DNA of 64,000 nucleotides, from positions 15,232-79,231 of the forward strand of contig JBECKX010000179.1 in the NCBI GenBank assembly GCA_040235515.1, written 5' to 3'. The DNA is from Candidatus Zixiibacteriota bacterium (GTDB lineage: Bacteria > Zixibacteria > MSB-5A5 > CAIYYT01). The notes under the pieces are model-generated. The model saw only the letters and a program-made list of their open reading frames with translations. It was not told the DNA's origin and searched no databases. Made by a program: the position numbers and the translations under genes. The stretch's first letter is position 1, and each line of letters opens with the position of its first letter. Shown piece after piece: positions 1 to 9,619 of this stretch.

Positions 1-295
1 ATAAGTGGGCAACAGTCTGCCCATGTGATCCGATCAGGTCGATCTTCTCCTTCGTCAACCCATTACTCTCAATGAACTCTATAACTGAGTCGGCGTAGAA
101 ATGTCCAAGTTTGAGCGAGAGGAGCATCAGCTCCCTGAGTTCCACGCTCGCGGCCATCGAGAGAGTGAGGATCTCGTTGCGCAACGCATCGGGGTAATCG
201 ATAGTCGCGGAGGCGAGATTGCGCAGAGTGCGCTCCGAGGTGTTGACGTCGCAGGCGGCAATATCGATACCATCGGCGGATGTACCCGACATCAT
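1..295 (-). CDS. anmK: anhydro-N-acetylmuramic acid kinase AnmK, partial (N-terminal part; the 3' end runs off the left edge)
   Basis: The minus-strand frame reads (M)MSGTSADGIDIAACDV...IDYP...ELRELMLLSLKLGHFYADSVIEFIE...IDLIGSHGQTVAHL. This matches the AnmK N-terminal MSGTSxDGID and IGxHGQTV motifs. ATG codons sit at 295 and 292; an upstream TTG start is also possible. It lies directly downstream of nagZ on the same strand. Confidence 0.7.
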   Translation of the reverse strand, partial: MMSGTSADGIDIAACDVNTSERTLRNLASATIDYPDALRNEILTLSMAASVELRELMLLSLKLGHFYADSVIEFIESNGLTKEKIDLIGSHGQTVAHL

Positions 296-396
296 CCCCA
301 GCGTGACGCGCGAAAGCTTCTTTGTGAGACTGCGAAACAGCAAAAGTAAGTACCCTGGTTACGTTCCATCCATGGTCTGCACGGAGCCAATACGGC

Positions 397-1407
397 TCAT
401 TGCCCCTGCAATGCAGGCGAGCTTTGCCTGAACGTTTCGACCCGTCGGCAGCGATCGTCCAGCATCCGGCTGAGAGTATCATCAGTATCAATGCGGCGTA
501 CGACTTCATCAACAAGCGCGTCGAGTCCGCCGGAGAGATTGCCATATATTAGCAGGTCACAACCCGCCGACAACGATTTTATTGCCGCGCCGGCCGGGTC
601 GGTGCCCTCGAGCGCGCCCAGCATCTGCAAATCGTCGCTGATGACGAGGCCATCGAAATGAAGGTTGCCACGCAGCTCTTCGGTAATCAGTTTTCGGCTG
701 AAGGTCGCGATATTATCTGAGTCGAGGTCTGGCGCGAGCAAATGCGTGGGCATCACCAGGTCGCAACGGGCGGAGATCGCCGACGCAAAAACCGTAAAGT
801 CGCGCTGGCGAAACTCTGAGAGTTTGCGCTCTGAACGCGAGATCAGAAGATGCGGGTCTCCCGTGGCGGACGCCAGACCCGGGAAGTGCTTGGCACAGGA
901 GAGGAGGTTAAATTCGCGCAGGATGCTGACCTGTGCTGCGACCGCTTCGGCGCACTCGTGCGGGTCGCTTGAATACGACCTATCGTAGACGACGTGACCA
1001 CGCTGGGTTGGCTGCAAGTCGCAAACAGGAACGAGATTGCAGTTGATGCCGCATTGCCGCAGGTGTTGCGCCGTGACTCTGGTTGTATTGAGCAGGCCCG
1101 CGAGATCAGAGCGCGTCCCGAAGTAGCCGGGGGCGGGAAAGGCTGGAAAATCGCCGGCGAAGCGCGTGACACGTCCCCCTTCCTGATCCACGGCGATGAT
1201 GGCATCTTGGCGATCTCTGCAAATCGATTCGGTCAGCGCCGTGAGTTGAGCACGGTCGCGATAATTGCGGGCAAAGAGGATGATGCCGCCCAGGCCCTGT
1301 GTGAGCGCGAGGTGAAACTGTTCGGGAAGGCTGGTGCCCTCGAATCCGACTATCAGCAGTGACAGGAGTTGTTTTCGGCGTGGATGACTTGAAGCGGCTG
1401 TGTTCAT
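397..1407 (-). CDS. nagZ: beta-N-acetylhexosaminidase NagZ (glycoside hydrolase family 3)
   Basis: 336 aa. It carries a GH3 N-terminal domain with a KHFPG motif (KHFPGLASATGDPH) and DQEGG. Size and neighbourhood (anmK) fit peptidoglycan recycling. Confidence 0.8.
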   Translation of the reverse strand: MNTAASSHPRRKQLLSLLIVGFEGTSLPEQFHLALTQGLGGIILFARNYRDRAQLTALTESICRDRQDAIIAVDQEGGRVTRFAGDFPAFPAPGYFGTRSDLAGLLNTTRVTAQHLRQCGINCNLVPVCDLQPTQRGHVVYDRSYSSDPHECAEAVAAQVSILREFNLLSCAKHFPGLASATGDPHLLISRSERKLSEFRQRDFTVFASAISARCDLVMPTHLLAPDLDSDNIATFSRKLITEELRGNLHFDGLVISDDLQMLGALEGTDPAGAAIKSLSAGCDLLIYGNLSGGLDALVDEVVRRIDTDDTLSRMLDDRCRRVETFRQSSPALQGQ

Positions 1408-1409
1408 AG

Positions 1410-2969
1410 CTACACAGCTACTACGGCGTTCTTGCCCTTTCCTTTGGCCAGATACATCGCCTGATCGACGAGTTGTACGAGTTGGTCCTCGGAATGGCCA
1501 TTGTCGGGATAGGTGGTTGTGCCTACCGAGACGGTTGCATGCAGTTCGCCATACTGACTTCCCGCGCCGAACGTGGTTGTCTCGACCTGTTCACGAATGC
1601 GCTCAGCGATGACCTTCGCGTCCGATTGCACGGTCTGCGGCAGGATCACCACGAACTCCTCGCCGCCGTAACGAGCAACTACATCGGTGTCGCGGATTGT
1701 GTGCGAGATTACCTCGGCGACACCCCGCAGAACGATGTTGCCTGCCTCATGTCCGTGAGAGTCATTCATTCGTTTGAACCAGTCGATATCCACCATGATG
1801 AGTGAGAGCGGCTGGCGATAACGCGCAGCACGCCTGATTTCGTCGTTAAGTCTCTCGGAGAAATATCTGTAATTGTAGACGCGTGTCAAATCATCAATCA
1901 CAACCATCTTCTCCAGTTCGGCGTGGAGTCGGCTGTTTTCGTACGCCATAGCAGCGGATGCTGCCAGGATCGAGGAGACCTTCTGATCGGTCTCGGTGAA
2001 GTAGTTCACCTTGGTTGATTCGGCCAGAAGGACACCGATAACGCGGCCATGCGAGATCATCGGGATCAGCATGGCACTCTTGGCGTCCTCAATGGTCCGG
2101 GCGTAGTTATCCGCCCGTTCCAGGTCGATCAGGCGGCGTGGTTGGCGTTCGGCGATCACCTCACCGATAACACCATCCATCGGGATAATCTCGCGGAGCC
2201 CTTCCAGCAGTTTGACCCCTTCAACCAGACGCCCCCGCTCATAGAGGTAGGACTGATCGGGCGAACAGATCTGAATTGAACAAAGCTCAAAACCGAGGAT
2301 CGATTCGACGATGCGCAGCACGTCATTGGTAATGCCGCGGTCGTCCAGAATCTCACCGAGGAGGCGGGAAGCTTCATAGATCGTTCCAACTCGGGTTTGC
2401 GAGCGCTCCAGCTCGGTGGTGCTTTCGTTCAGTGAATCGAGCAGTTTGAGCAGTTTTGCCTCTGAGTGCTTGATATGCCGCGAGACAAGTCCGACGGTTA
2501 TGGCGAAGAACCAGACGAAACCGATGCGCAGAGCGAGATCGATCAGCGCGATTTCGGTCATCAATGTCGGCGTGCTGACCAGGTAGATGGTGGTAATCGC
2601 GGCGGAAATCCCGAGACAGAAATTGAGATTGAAATAGTAGGCGGAGAACATGATGTTGAGATAATAGAGCAGAAAGAAGCTCGAGTGCGCTCCGCCGGTA
2701 TACTCGATCAGATAAGTGACAAAGATGACATCGAAGATCAGAGAGTAGGTGAAGACATCCTGGATGAAGCTGGGTCGAAAGCGCCAGATCAGGTAGAAGG
2801 CGAGGAGATGGGCGATGAAGACGATCATGCCGAATGTCAGTTCGGTCATGACGTTGACAGCTTCCGGTACAGTTACAAGCCAGAGGATGACCGCAAGTGC
2901 AGTAGCTGCTCTCGAGGCGATGTAGATGTTTTCCAGGCGTGGAAATAGAGAGCGAATGCTTCCGTTCAA
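1410..2969 (-). CDS. membrane-anchored GAF-GGDEF diguanylate cyclase
   Basis: 519 aa. The N-terminus has about 6 predicted TM helices, followed by a central GAF-like region. The C-terminal GGDEF domain has an intact GGEEF motif (RYGGEEFVVILPQ). Its stop is 3 nt from the nagZ start, so the two are probably co-transcribed. Confidence 0.8.
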   Translation of the reverse strand: MNGSIRSLFPRLENIYIASRAATALAVILWLVTVPEAVNVMTELTFGMIVFIAHLLAFYLIWRFRPSFIQDVFTYSLIFDVIFVTYLIEYTGGAHSSFFLLYYLNIMFSAYYFNLNFCLGISAAITTIYLVSTPTLMTEIALIDLALRIGFVWFFAITVGLVSRHIKHSEAKLLKLLDSLNESTTELERSQTRVGTIYEASRLLGEILDDRGITNDVLRIVESILGFELCSIQICSPDQSYLYERGRLVEGVKLLEGLREIIPMDGVIGEVIAERQPRRLIDLERADNYARTIEDAKSAMLIPMISHGRVIGVLLAESTKVNYFTETDQKVSSILAASAAMAYENSRLHAELEKMVVIDDLTRVYNYRYFSERLNDEIRRAARYRQPLSLIMVDIDWFKRMNDSHGHEAGNIVLRGVAEVISHTIRDTDVVARYGGEEFVVILPQTVQSDAKVIAERIREQVETTTFGAGSQYGELHATVSVGTTTYPDNGHSEDQLVQLVDQAMYLAKGKGKNAVVAV

Positions 2970-3314
2970 AGGTTTTCCTTGGCTGCCAGTTGAAGTCCTG
3001 CCTATAGTTCTACCCTGTCTTTATCGGCAACCGGACTGAATAATCAATCCCATATCTCGCAGGCAGTTACAGTTAGAGATTCGGCAGTTTCGAAATGAGA
3101 CAAACTCCATTTGTATCCTTCCAACCGCTTGTCGCACAAAAAATTCGAGACCCGGAGGGGGATTCCGGGTCTCTCAGGCAGAAAGCGCATGAGGTGTGTA
3201 AGACACCTACAGGGGAGGCTTTTCGCTACAGTACTTTGCGCTCAAGTGCATCTCGCTTAGAGTGCTTTTCCCTCTCATCCTGCGTCAGGATATTCCACCT
3301 GCGCTTCCATAAGA

Positions 3315-4079
3315 TCATGCATGGAGCAGTTGAAACACTGAATCTGACGTCAGGAAGCGCTGGGCGTTTCCGGCCAGTTCGGCGTTTCGCTGTATCAATG
3401 CGGTAGCTTCCTCCGAGATTTCCTCGGCGGAACTCTCGTCGCGCACGCCGGCATCGGCGGCAGCCAGGTTTTGAGAAGCTACCTCTAATTTCTTCACTGT
3501 GGCTTCATAGTCGCTGCGGGAGCGATTACCCACGGCCAGCTGGTGTTCACCCAGTTCCCGCAGGGTACTGTCGATCTCCAGCATCGCATTGGCGATATCC
3601 TCCGGCGAGTCGGTCTCCAGGTCAGGCATCTTGCGAATCTGGAAGAGCTTGGCTGCACCGGTGGAGAAGAGCTTTTCACCATCAAATTCGGCGGCTGCAA
3701 GCTGTTGATTGTAGCCGTTTACCAACTCGGTTACACGGGTCTGGTAAGCACGGCTATCTTCAAGATTAGCGTCGGGATCAGCGGCGGCATCGGCAACGGC
3801 AGATTTGAGTTCCCTTACCGTATGCACCAGTTGCTCCAGGCTGTTTGCAGCGGCCTGATTGCGCTGGATTCCAGTCTCGAGTTCACGGATTTGTTCGGTC
3901 ACGACACCCATTTGAGTACGCATCCGTCTTGACAGCGCCAGATCGGCAGCTGACTTCTCGGCGAATTGCGCTGAGTCGGGCGAATCGACTCGACGTTTGG
4001 TGCGCGAGAGACTGCGATGTATCAGGGATATGTTTCTTACCGTGTTGATTCCGGCGTAGCTTCCCTGTATCGTAACCAT
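3315..4079 (-). CDS. flgL: flagellin-family protein, most like flagellar hook-associated protein 3 (FlgL)
   Basis: 254 aa. The N-terminus (SRTKRRVDSPDSAQFAEKSA...) resembles the FlgL/flagellin N-domain (STGKRVxxPSDDPxAA). The C-terminus (ATALIQRNAELAGNAQRFLTSDSVFQLL) resembles the flagellin C-terminal helix. Confidence 0.45.
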   Translation of the reverse strand: MVTIQGSYAGINTVRNISLIHRSLSRTKRRVDSPDSAQFAEKSAADLALSRRMRTQMGVVTEQIRELETGIQRNQAAANSLEQLVHTVRELKSAVADAAADPDANLEDSRAYQTRVTELVNGYNQQLAAAEFDGEKLFSTGAAKLFQIRKMPDLETDSPEDIANAMLEIDSTLRELGEHQLAVGNRSRSDYEATVKKLEVASQNLAAADAGVRDESSAEEISEEATALIQRNAELAGNAQRFLTSDSVFQLLHA

Positions 4080-4420
4080 TCTGCTAAATCCTCCTTCGCT
4101 CCTGCTGAAGCGCTGCCATTTCTATTTGCAATAGCTTTGCCGAGGTGGTGGATTCCGCGACCCGATTTCTAAGTCGTTAAATCTCAATCAGAAAAAGCGC
4201 AGCCAGGGTTGGGCGTGGAAATGAGAGGGAATTTGTTTCAAGCGGAAACTATAGCTCGCTCCCCACAGGTCATAAGCGCTCAACCATACAGTTGACCAAT
4301 CGGGTATAGCTGGAGCAGTATGGGAATTCCCCAATAACTATTGAGCAAGATCATCAGATCGTTTGGCAGTGGTGTTGTCAGCCATGCAAGTAACTCATTG
4401 CATGATAATGACTAAAGATC

Positions 4421-5767
4421 ATGGCACGCTTCTTGAGTAGATATGGATGGGAAATCTTTCCAGTTAATGTCAGAAGTGACGCAGGAGTCAGGTTAGAGAG
4501 AATGTCCTCAGTCAAGGTAAACATAACCACGACATTCCGGATTTACGATCCGCAGCCACGCGCCGAGACCGAGACGGGTCGCGGTGATGCGATGCCGTCA
4601 AGGAATGTGCGCACCCCACAGACTCCGGATAGTGCAGTCACCGCCAAGCCGCACACGACGACTGATTCGTATGAGAGGATTCGCAGAAAGCAGGAGAGAC
4701 TCGCCGCCGAGCGGGAAAGTGCTGATGAGGCACGACGAGCGGATCAGGAAGCCGATAGCCCGAGCCGGCGCCGGATCGAGGATGCTGCGGCTGAGCGGCA
4801 GCGCCTCGCAGTTCAGCGTCGCGCGCAATTGCGCTCGGAGGAGGATGAGGCAGAGCAACTGGAGCAGACAGCGAAACAGAACCAGGCGCACAGCGAGAGT
4901 GATCCCAGTGAAGCAAGAAATGAAAACGAGGAGCATGAGCGCCTGGTTAAGAACACCGGGCTGTTCCACGTGTTTAACCCGCCTGACAATAAGAGCGAGA
5001 CTGATCAAGGCGAGACAGGCGGCGGTAGTTCACCAGGTGCGAACCTGGCGAATGGCGCGAATGATGAGCAAGGCGCTGTCGTCGGCGAGACAACGATACC
5101 GCTTTCAGGTAAGAATCTCGAGTCAACCCAGCCGGTGATCAAACTGGTGGAGGAATCTCCCCCCCGGTTGAGTGCAGAGGATCTACCACCCACTCTGGAA
5201 GATCCACTCGACTTTGATGTCACGGCAATCGGTTTTGAGTTGGTACAGGTTTACCGTCGCCATTATCCTGATGATCCCAAGTATGACGAGGCACTGATCA
5301 AGCTACTCTCCGACGCAGCCGCGGTAGAGGCTGATGAGCCTGCTGAGGAGTTGGAGTTGCCGAAGGTGGATCCTGCAACTACTGGCGTGCACAAGCTGGT
5401 GTTTGCCGACCAGCCGACCGCGCTGAGCTCTGCAATGAAAGCGGTGAAGAATCTGCAGCGCGAAGGGGTCTTTGGTCAGACCTTCGATGGTCGTCCCGTT
5501 AGTGTGCGAGAATTCCTGCGACAGAAGGAGTTCGAGTATGATTTCGAGGAAAAGCCGTTCACGATTGATGCATTCCTGCGGGAAACCGAGAATGCGATTT
5601 ATGAAGCGTTGAAGAGTCCTCACATCCAGGCAGCCGCGCGCGATCTTATCGTAGCCGCCGAATCGGTCAACGCATTTCGAAACCACTTAGTCTCGGCTCT
5701 GACAAACAGCACCTCCACGCAGGCAACTGACGCGGGCAACGAATTGGAGCCGACGCAGACCGAGTAG
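4421..5767 (+). CDS. hypothetical protein with a highly charged Arg/Glu/Ala-rich coiled-coil N-terminal half and a conserved-looking C-terminal domain
   Basis: 448 aa ORF. The composition is low-complexity and charged (RRKQERLAAERESADEARRADQEAD...). It is transcribed divergently from the flgL-like gene. The start is uncertain; the alternative MSSVKVN near 4502 has an upstream purine-rich stretch (ttagagaga). Confidence 0.4.
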   Translation: MARFLSRYGWEIFPVNVRSDAGVRLERMSSVKVNITTTFRIYDPQPRAETETGRGDAMPSRNVRTPQTPDSAVTAKPHTTTDSYERIRRKQERLAAERESADEARRADQEADSPSRRRIEDAAAERQRLAVQRRAQLRSEEDEAEQLEQTAKQNQAHSESDPSEARNENEEHERLVKNTGLFHVFNPPDNKSETDQGETGGGSSPGANLANGANDEQGAVVGETTIPLSGKNLESTQPVIKLVEESPPRLSAEDLPPTLEDPLDFDVTAIGFELVQVYRRHYPDDPKYDEALIKLLSDAAAVEADEPAEELELPKVDPATTGVHKLVFADQPTALSSAMKAVKNLQREGVFGQTFDGRPVSVREFLRQKEFEYDFEEKPFTIDAFLRETENAIYEALKSPHIQAAARDLIVAAESVNAFRNHLVSALTNSTSTQATDAGNELEPTQTE

Positions 5768-5991
5768 CCGCTTGCTCCGCGGCGATGATAACCAGCGGTT
5801 GTCAGTTTGACAGATGACTCGCCCCCGATCGAATTCAAGCATAACATTTCTCTAAACTCTCCCCCCTCACCGCGACATTTCTCCCAATTTCGCGTTATGT
5901 CAACTAAGGACTTGTGACCCGTGCCGGATTTGGGTTTCTTTGGCCCAACCCAATACCGGGCATTTGACTCAATCCGACAAAGCGAGCGAAG

Positions 5992-7245
5992 ATGCACTAT
6001 GTAATCATAGGGAATGGTGTCGCCGGCATCAATGCCGCCAACACAATTCGCGGCAGGGATGACTCAGCCAAGATCACGATAGTCTCGTATGAGAGCGATC
6101 ATTTCTTCAGTCGCACCGCGCTGATGTATCTCTACGCGGGTCAGTTGAGTGACCGTTGCGTAGAGCCATTTGAACGTGACCACTACAGCCGGATGAAGTT
6201 TGAGCGTGTCAGGGATCATGTCGAGCAAGTTGAGTTCAGGGAGCAGAGAGTCAGGCTCAGGAGTGGAGAAGCGATCCACTACGACAAGCTGTTGATAGCC
6301 TCCGGTTCGCTGCCGGTAGCCGGCCCCTGGCCGGGGAGTGATCTTGAGGGTGTAGGCCATTTCGTGACCTGGCAAGACCTCGAGTGGTTGCGGTCGATCG
6401 GGCCCGGTGCGCGATCAGCCGCAGTGATCGGGGGAGGACTGATTGGAATTGAGGTAGCGGAGATATTGCTGCTCGACGGTGTTGATGTCCATTTCCTTGT
6501 CAGAGAGCCACATTTCTGGCCTGTCGCACTCAATCAGGCCGAAGCCTCACTCGTGTCGGATCATATGCGGAGCCATGGTTGTGACCTGCGGCTATCGACA
6601 GAAGTGAGCGAGCTTGTCGGTAGTGGCGGCAGAGTCAGCGGTGTTCGCACGAAGGATGGTGGTGAATTCCCCGCAGATCTGGTCGTTGTTGCTATCGGCG
6701 TTCGGCCACAAACCGACTTCCTCAGAGACTCGGGGCTATCCTTCGACGAGCGTGGCGGGATAGTGGTTGACGACCAGCTTCAGACCGGTTTCGACAATGT
6801 CTGGGCGGCCGGAGATTGCACGTCGGTCGTCTGGTTCAACGGCGTCCGTCGTCCCGAGCAGTTGTGGTACACGAGTCGTGACCAGGGGAGAATCGCCGGC
6901 CGGAGCATGGTTGGCGATGCCGTGGAGTACAAACGCGGCATCTTTTACAATTCAGCAAAGTTCTTCGATATCGAATACACGACGGCAGGCTACGTCAATT
7001 TCAACTTTGATGGCGAGCGCGACTGGTATCAACATGAACCGGGAACGAACTTCAGCGAACGGATTACATCTCTTCCGGATGGTCGCGTGATCGGTTTCAA
7101 CATGCTCGGGCGACGCTGGGATCACGTGGTCATGACAAAGTGGATAGCTGAGGAGCGGCAGCTCGAGTGGGTGCTCGCTCACCTCCACGAAGCACTTTTT
7201 GACGAGGAGTTCATGCCGAAGTTCAAACTCATAGAGCGAAGATGA
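5992..7245 (+). CDS. FAD/NAD(P)-binding pyridine nucleotide-disulfide oxidoreductase family protein
   Basis: 417 aa. It has two Rossmann GxGxxG motifs (VIIGNGVAG; VIGGGLIGIE), a fold typical of NADH-dependent FAD oxidoreductases and the reductase components of nitrite reductase or rubredoxin reductase. Confidence 0.7.
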   Translation: MHYVIIGNGVAGINAANTIRGRDDSAKITIVSYESDHFFSRTALMYLYAGQLSDRCVEPFERDHYSRMKFERVRDHVEQVEFREQRVRLRSGEAIHYDKLLIASGSLPVAGPWPGSDLEGVGHFVTWQDLEWLRSIGPGARSAAVIGGGLIGIEVAEILLLDGVDVHFLVREPHFWPVALNQAEASLVSDHMRSHGCDLRLSTEVSELVGSGGRVSGVRTKDGGEFPADLVVVAIGVRPQTDFLRDSGLSFDERGGIVVDDQLQTGFDNVWAAGDCTSVVWFNGVRRPEQLWYTSRDQGRIAGRSMVGDAVEYKRGIFYNSAKFFDIEYTTAGYVNFNFDGERDWYQHEPGTNFSERITSLPDGRVIGFNMLGRRWDHVVMTKWIAEERQLEWVLAHLHEALFDEEFMPKFKLIERR

Positions 7246-7272
7246 TCGGGACAGCGGAGCTGGAGGACTGAG

Positions 7273-8691
7273 TTGCAGGCAGGCATACTGAAAACCTACC
7301 GTCATGGTGCCCAGAGCAGAGGGGTGTGGGGTTACATTGCGGCCCTGCTGCTGTTTGCATTCTACGTTCTGATATACTTCACCGAGGCACTAACACCGGT
7401 CGCGCAGTTCCTTCATCTTGGTGGCAAATGGAATCTGTATGGGACGTTGTACACGGCAGCGATCGTTCTGGGTGGCATCTACTTCCTGCGCCGACATGGC
7501 AACAGCCGCTACCATCGCATTCGCACCCTTTCGGTGATATTCTTCCAGGTCGTCTTTGCGTTCTCGATTCCAATGATTCTTGAACTACTGGGGATGAAAG
7601 GCTTCACCTTTTCGATTTTCTGGCCCCTCAAGCTCGACTACTTCAACCCCTCCTACATCTTCGATTATCCGATCGTGCTGGTGCTCTACGCCTTCCTCAG
7701 TTCTCTCATACTGGTTCCGGTGCTGGCATTCCTGGTGGGAAAGCGCTGGTATTGCAGCTGGGTTTGTGGTTGCGGGGGACTGGCTGAAACCGCAGGCGAA
7801 CCATATCGTCATCTCTCAAACAAGTCTTCGGCTGCGTGGCGATTCGAACAGTTCTCGATCTATGCGGTGCTGGCATTCGCTGTGCTTGTCACAGTGTTGA
7901 TGATGGTTAACTGGTCGACAGGGGTGGCCGTGCGCGGGGAGGTCACGACGGCGTCACGAGTGATGTCGGCCAACGCTGAGGCCGCTGGCACACCTCGATT
8001 GGTGCTCTATGGTTCACCAAAGCTCGAGTTCCCTTACAACAGCAAATCTGTCTGGGCACCTGTCGGTGATGCAAGCGCTGAGAGGATGCCTGATGCATGG
8101 AGAGTCGTTGCGATCGGCGGGGAGATGGTCAGCCGGGAAACACAAGCTGCTTACGGGCTCGAATTTCGGGAGGGTTCCCTGCAAGTCGTGAGTACCGGCC
8201 CGGCTGAGAGTGACAAGGTCTTTGGCGCGTGGGACAGATTGGGCGACAGCAAGACACTCGAGATCAGTTTCCCTCGCTACGCGACGTTTTCGGCGATCGC
8301 CACGAGAATACAGGGGATATATGGGTTCGTGGTGGTAGCGCTGCTTTCGGGGATCTTCGGAGTTGGGCTCTATCCGCTTCTGGGCACACGAGTTTGGTGC
8401 AGGTTCTTCTGCCCGCTCGCTGCGATCCTGGGGATTGTCCAGAAGTTCGGGCGCTTTCGCATCACGGTGAAGAAGGATATGTGTATCTCTTGCGGTAATT
8501 GCTCGACCTATTGCGAGATGGGTATCGATGTACGATCGTATGCGCAAGCGAACCTCAGCTTCAAGCGAGCTGCGTGTGTGGGTTGCGGGATGTGCGCACA
8601 TGTCTGTCCGCGCGGGGTACTCAAGTTAGAGAACAAATGGGATTTGGGGCCAAACGATGAAAATTCGAACATCCAGATACTGGATATGTGA
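7273..8691 (+). CDS. membrane-bound polyferredoxin (NapH/MauN/CcoG-like 4Fe-4S binding protein)
   Basis: 472 aa with multiple TM helices. TM-embedded Cys motifs (CSWVCGCGG, CRFFCPLAA) are present, together with two C-terminal ferredoxin-type clusters (CISCGNCSTYCE, CVGCGMCAHVCP). A large hydrophilic insert sits between the TM blocks. Confidence 0.6.
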   Translation: MQAGILKTYRHGAQSRGVWGYIAALLLFAFYVLIYFTEALTPVAQFLHLGGKWNLYGTLYTAAIVLGGIYFLRRHGNSRYHRIRTLSVIFFQVVFAFSIPMILELLGMKGFTFSIFWPLKLDYFNPSYIFDYPIVLVLYAFLSSLILVPVLAFLVGKRWYCSWVCGCGGLAETAGEPYRHLSNKSSAAWRFEQFSIYAVLAFAVLVTVLMMVNWSTGVAVRGEVTTASRVMSANAEAAGTPRLVLYGSPKLEFPYNSKSVWAPVGDASAERMPDAWRVVAIGGEMVSRETQAAYGLEFREGSLQVVSTGPAESDKVFGAWDRLGDSKTLEISFPRYATFSAIATRIQGIYGFVVVALLSGIFGVGLYPLLGTRVWCRFFCPLAAILGIVQKFGRFRITVKKDMCISCGNCSTYCEMGIDVRSYAQANLSFKRAACVGCGMCAHVCPRGVLKLENKWDLGPNDENSNIQILDM

Positions 8692-8701
8692 CGGTGCTTT
8701 T

Positions 8702-9574
8702 ATGAGTGATTCAGTTGTGCGTTTGCAGGCACGAGGACGCAGAACACCGACTCTGCGTCGAGTGTTGGCGACAATAATGCTAGCGGCGTTGGCAGTTGCG
8801 GGATGCAGCCAGGCGGAAACCGAAGCTGGTGGGGCGCGAATCTCGGCGGTCAAGCTGGATCATAGCTATGCCGGTTATGCGCGACTGCTTGCAAGCTATG
8901 TGCAGGGTGCAAGGGTTGACTATGCCGGGCTCAAATCGGATCGCGCCGCCCTGGACTCTGTGGTAGCGATGATCGCCGATGCGGAATTGACAGATGCGTC
9001 TACTCAACAAAGACTGGCGTTCTATATCAATGCCTACAACATCCTGACGCTGCGTTCGATCGTCGCTGCCTACCCGGTGAAGTCAATCAAGGATATCGAT
9101 GGTGTCTGGCAGAAGAAATGGCGCGTTGCCGGACGCGAGCTTTCCTTGGACCAGATAGAGAACCAGATTCTGCGCGTTGAGTTTTCGGAACCGCGCATCC
9201 ATGTAGCGATCAATTGTGCTTCGATCAGTTGTCCGCCACTGCGCGGGGAACCATACAGGGCCGAACGAATCGAGGAACAACTCACTGAGGCGAGCCGCGG
9301 CTTTGCGACTTCGAACCACTACAACCAACTCCTTCCGACCGAAGGCAAAGCCAGGATTTCGATGATATTCGATTGGTTCGGCGGTGATTTTGTGGAACAG
9401 TTTTACCAGCCGGGTCACGCTGCAAAACTTTCGAAGGAAAAGAATGCTGCATTGAGTTTCCTGATCAAGTACTCGAGCCTGACCGACTCTGTGGAGTCAT
9501 TGCCGGAGGAGTGGGAAGTCAGCTTTATCGAATATGACTGGGGATTGAATGAGATACCGAACGATGCACGCTGA
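8702..9574 (+). CDS. DUF547 domain-containing lipoprotein
   Basis: It carries the DUF547 signature FYINAYN. The N-terminus has a lipobox (LAALAVAGC). The ATG at 8702 was chosen to avoid a 35-nt overlap with the upstream gene; the ORF-track start at 8657 is also possible. Confidence 0.6.
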   Translation: MSDSVVRLQARGRRTPTLRRVLATIMLAALAVAGCSQAETEAGGARISAVKLDHSYAGYARLLASYVQGARVDYAGLKSDRAALDSVVAMIADAELTDASTQQRLAFYINAYNILTLRSIVAAYPVKSIKDIDGVWQKKWRVAGRELSLDQIENQILRVEFSEPRIHVAINCASISCPPLRGEPYRAERIEEQLTEASRGFATSNHYNQLLPTEGKARISMIFDWFGGDFVEQFYQPGHAAKLSKEKNAALSFLIKYSSLTDSVESLPEEWEVSFIEYDWGLNEIPNDAR

Positions 9575-9619
9575 GCATCCACCGGTTCGTATGCGACTGC
9601 TTCAGCAAATAGCTGCTTT

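Noticed and set aside
69-545. 158-aa minus-strand ORF overlapping the nagZ 3' end and the anmK start
   Set aside because: It is in a different frame over the same DNA as the well-supported nagZ and anmK reading frames. It has no recognisable motif and looks like a high-GC antisense or frameshift artefact.
3018-3027. GCCGATAA (sigma28 -10-like) on the minus strand about 50 nt upstream of the diguanylate cyclase start
   Set aside because: No TAAA -35 element lies at the expected spacing. It is a single 8-mer match, and sigma28 promoter rules for this lineage are unknown.
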